Below, in pieces: positions 61,958 through 64,000 of a DNA stretch of 64,000 nt. The notes beneath the pieces are model-generated. The model was not told the DNA's origin and searched no databases. It saw only the letters and a program-made list of their open reading frames with translations. This DNA comes from Phoronis australis (Eukaryota; Animalia; Phoronida). A program made the position numbers and the translations under genes. The stretch's first letter is position 1, and the number at the start of each line of letters is the position of its first letter. The stretch covers positions 1,991,366 through 2,055,365 of the forward strand of contig NMRA01000009.1 in NCBI GenBank assembly GCA_002633005.1, written 5' to 3'.

Positions 61958-63235
61958 TTAACGTTATTTGCAGCGTAAAGTAATTATTTGAGGCGTTAAA
62001 AGTTACTTGACGCCGCAAATATTTACTTAACGCCGTAAATGAGAGTTTCAGCCGTAAATAATTAATTTACTCCGTAAAAAGGTAAAAAGGTAATCAAAGC
62101 GGCAAATAACTCTTTTACGCTGCAACTAATTACTTTACGTCTCAAATAATTAGTTTACACCTCTAACAAGAATTAAATCACGTAATTTACGTGCGTAACA
62201 TTCACCCATTTGGCCAACAATAAACGTCTTTCGGTTTTTCTCTGTCAGATATCTCTGAAAAATCGTGAGAGTTGGCGTTCTCTATCACTGATAAAAACAG
62301 GGTGTCCCAAAATTGTACTGTACTCGCACATCGAATGACAAGATAACTGGATAAAATTTATGAAGAGGTGATCAAAAATAATTAAGTTTTCAAACCAAAA
62401 TAAGCGCAAGATCAATTGCCTTTCCAATAGCGTTTGTGAATTTACGATAGCATACCGCCATATTCCAAAGGATTCTTTAGTTTGCTGTTGCCGTACATAG
62501 GATAATCGTGACAGCTCACGCGCTTCTTTTCACAGCACTAAAGTGTAAATAAGCAATAGGTCCGGCCGCAGCGTCTGAACATAGAACTCAAGGAACGGAA
62601 GCTAACTAAATTTGAATTCTCGACGTTGTACATTTTGGGACACCTGTATATCGTCACTCGAAATGCTACAGCGTAGTATATGTTTAAAAGTACGAACCTA
62701 TCTGAAGGAAATGCAGATTGCTTGAACAATTCCTTAGATTCTCCATTTTATATCGCATGTTCAATGTACACCGATTTGTCAAGTCCGTATCAAAACATTT
62801 TAGAAAAGAGGCACTTCCAGAAAGCGGGAGTGCTCTAAAATATAGCGGCAACCTTTCAGCGATATATTCACACTTAACAAAAGATTCGGCATCAGAAAGT
62901 ATCAATTTTTTTCTATTCCGTTGTTCTTAATATGACGCAATCGGCAACAATAAGGCATCAATAAAATGTGATCCAAATAAACGTTGGAAAATAAATACTA
63001 CCTAATGTAATATTTATTTGTTCACATCACGCCCATCGTATTCCTTACTTGAATACGTAATTCAAATTTTAAGAGCTTCTGGGGAAAATCCCGTGTTGAC
63101 TTTTCCAGCCAGCGTAAAGTAAAGACAAATACGAGGGACTGAGAGAAACTCCAATCTTAATAGTGCTAGAAGTAATTTATTAAGTTGATTCAACAGTAGT
63201 CAAACTTTTAATGTTTCAATTGAAATTAAAAATAA

Positions 63236-63498
63236 TTATACTTCATAGATTTCCACGTTATTTTTATCACCACAAGTTGAACTTCTTCCGGGACATCTCA
63301 TTTTACATTGAGAATCCGCCAGCCTCGGGTGACTATACGACGACCCGCAGAGACACGTGCTGGCGTTCTGCAATGCAGCGTATTTGAGTCCACGTTTACC
63401 ACAGTAACGTTTGCAGTATTCAGGCGACATGAGAGTTGCAGAGGTGACGGTTTGTGTGGATTTAAAGGACTTCAATCCGAAACATCCAACTCTTGCTC
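63236..63498 (-). CDS. Terminal WSC-domain exon of a tandem astacin-ShK-WSC paralogue (partial; gene continues right of the window)
   Basis: Intact acceptor (TAG at 63501-63499), open to TAA, 3 amino-acid differences from 49614-49352. The flanking 3' UTR and intron 63078-63999 are homologous to 49188-50093. Confidence 0.85.
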
Positions 63499-64000
63499 CT
63501 AAGAAATTAAAAAGGAATACATCACTAAGCTAATTTGTATGAACAGATGAAGACATTTTTGTTGTGTTCACTTAAACACAAACAATGCTTACGTGTACAT
63601 GTATCAAAGCTTCCAAAAGAGGCGACATATATGTATACATAATACAAAACTGGACAAAAACATCAAGTGGCCTTAAAACTGTTCTCTTGCACTCCCATTT
63701 TAGATCGGAAACTAACATTTGAGTTAAACTGAAGCAGATATTTTAAAGAGCCACATCAACACACACTGTATTCAAAACCTTTAAATCAAGGGACACAATT
63801 GTGTTTACGGCCTAAAAGCGCATACTTCGGGTGTAATTTGTGGGCACGATAGAAATCTTAAACTTATTAACTGTAACTAAAGCTATAGACATCAAAACCT
63901 GTTGTGTCTTTGAGATTTTTTTACAAATCGCGGATTCCTAAGACTGTCAGTCGAAATCGAGGCGGCGATGACTGTTTGCTTGCGTTGGATGACCCCATCG

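Overview
Eukaryotic, intron-rich, AT-rich genomic DNA, most likely from a marine invertebrate (lophotrochozoan-like; inferred). It is not prokaryotic, so the ORF track mostly shows exon fragments and noise. Hand splicing with GT-AG boundaries and phase checks gives four complete genes and two partial paralogues. (i) Three atypical TRPV5/6-like cation channels: a C-terminal tail at 1-132 (+), a 3-exon gene at 3881-9826 (+) and a 3-exon gene at 39000-47211 (-). (ii) A 9-exon secreted alpha-carbonic anhydrase at 12562-30604 (-) with an unrecognised ~140-aa beta-rich N-terminal domain and a P/S/T linker. (iii) An 11-exon secreted astacin metalloprotease with 2 ShK domains and a WSC domain at 49352-60542 (-), plus the last exon of a recent tandem duplicate at 63236-63498 (-). 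Introns and intergenic DNA hold fossil or non-autonomous transposons (Kolobok-THAP, ISL2EU-like THAP, Academ, hAT and Harbinger MITEs, a truncated RTE LINE), a ~1.3-kb palindromic element with tRNA-derived heads, minisatellites and two assembly gaps. The best leads are the novel-domain carbonic anhydrase, the ankyrin-truncated channels that keep the TRPV5/6 filter aspartate, and their clustering with secreted proteases as a possible Ca2+/carbonate and matrix-remodelling locus. That functional link is a hypothesis only.
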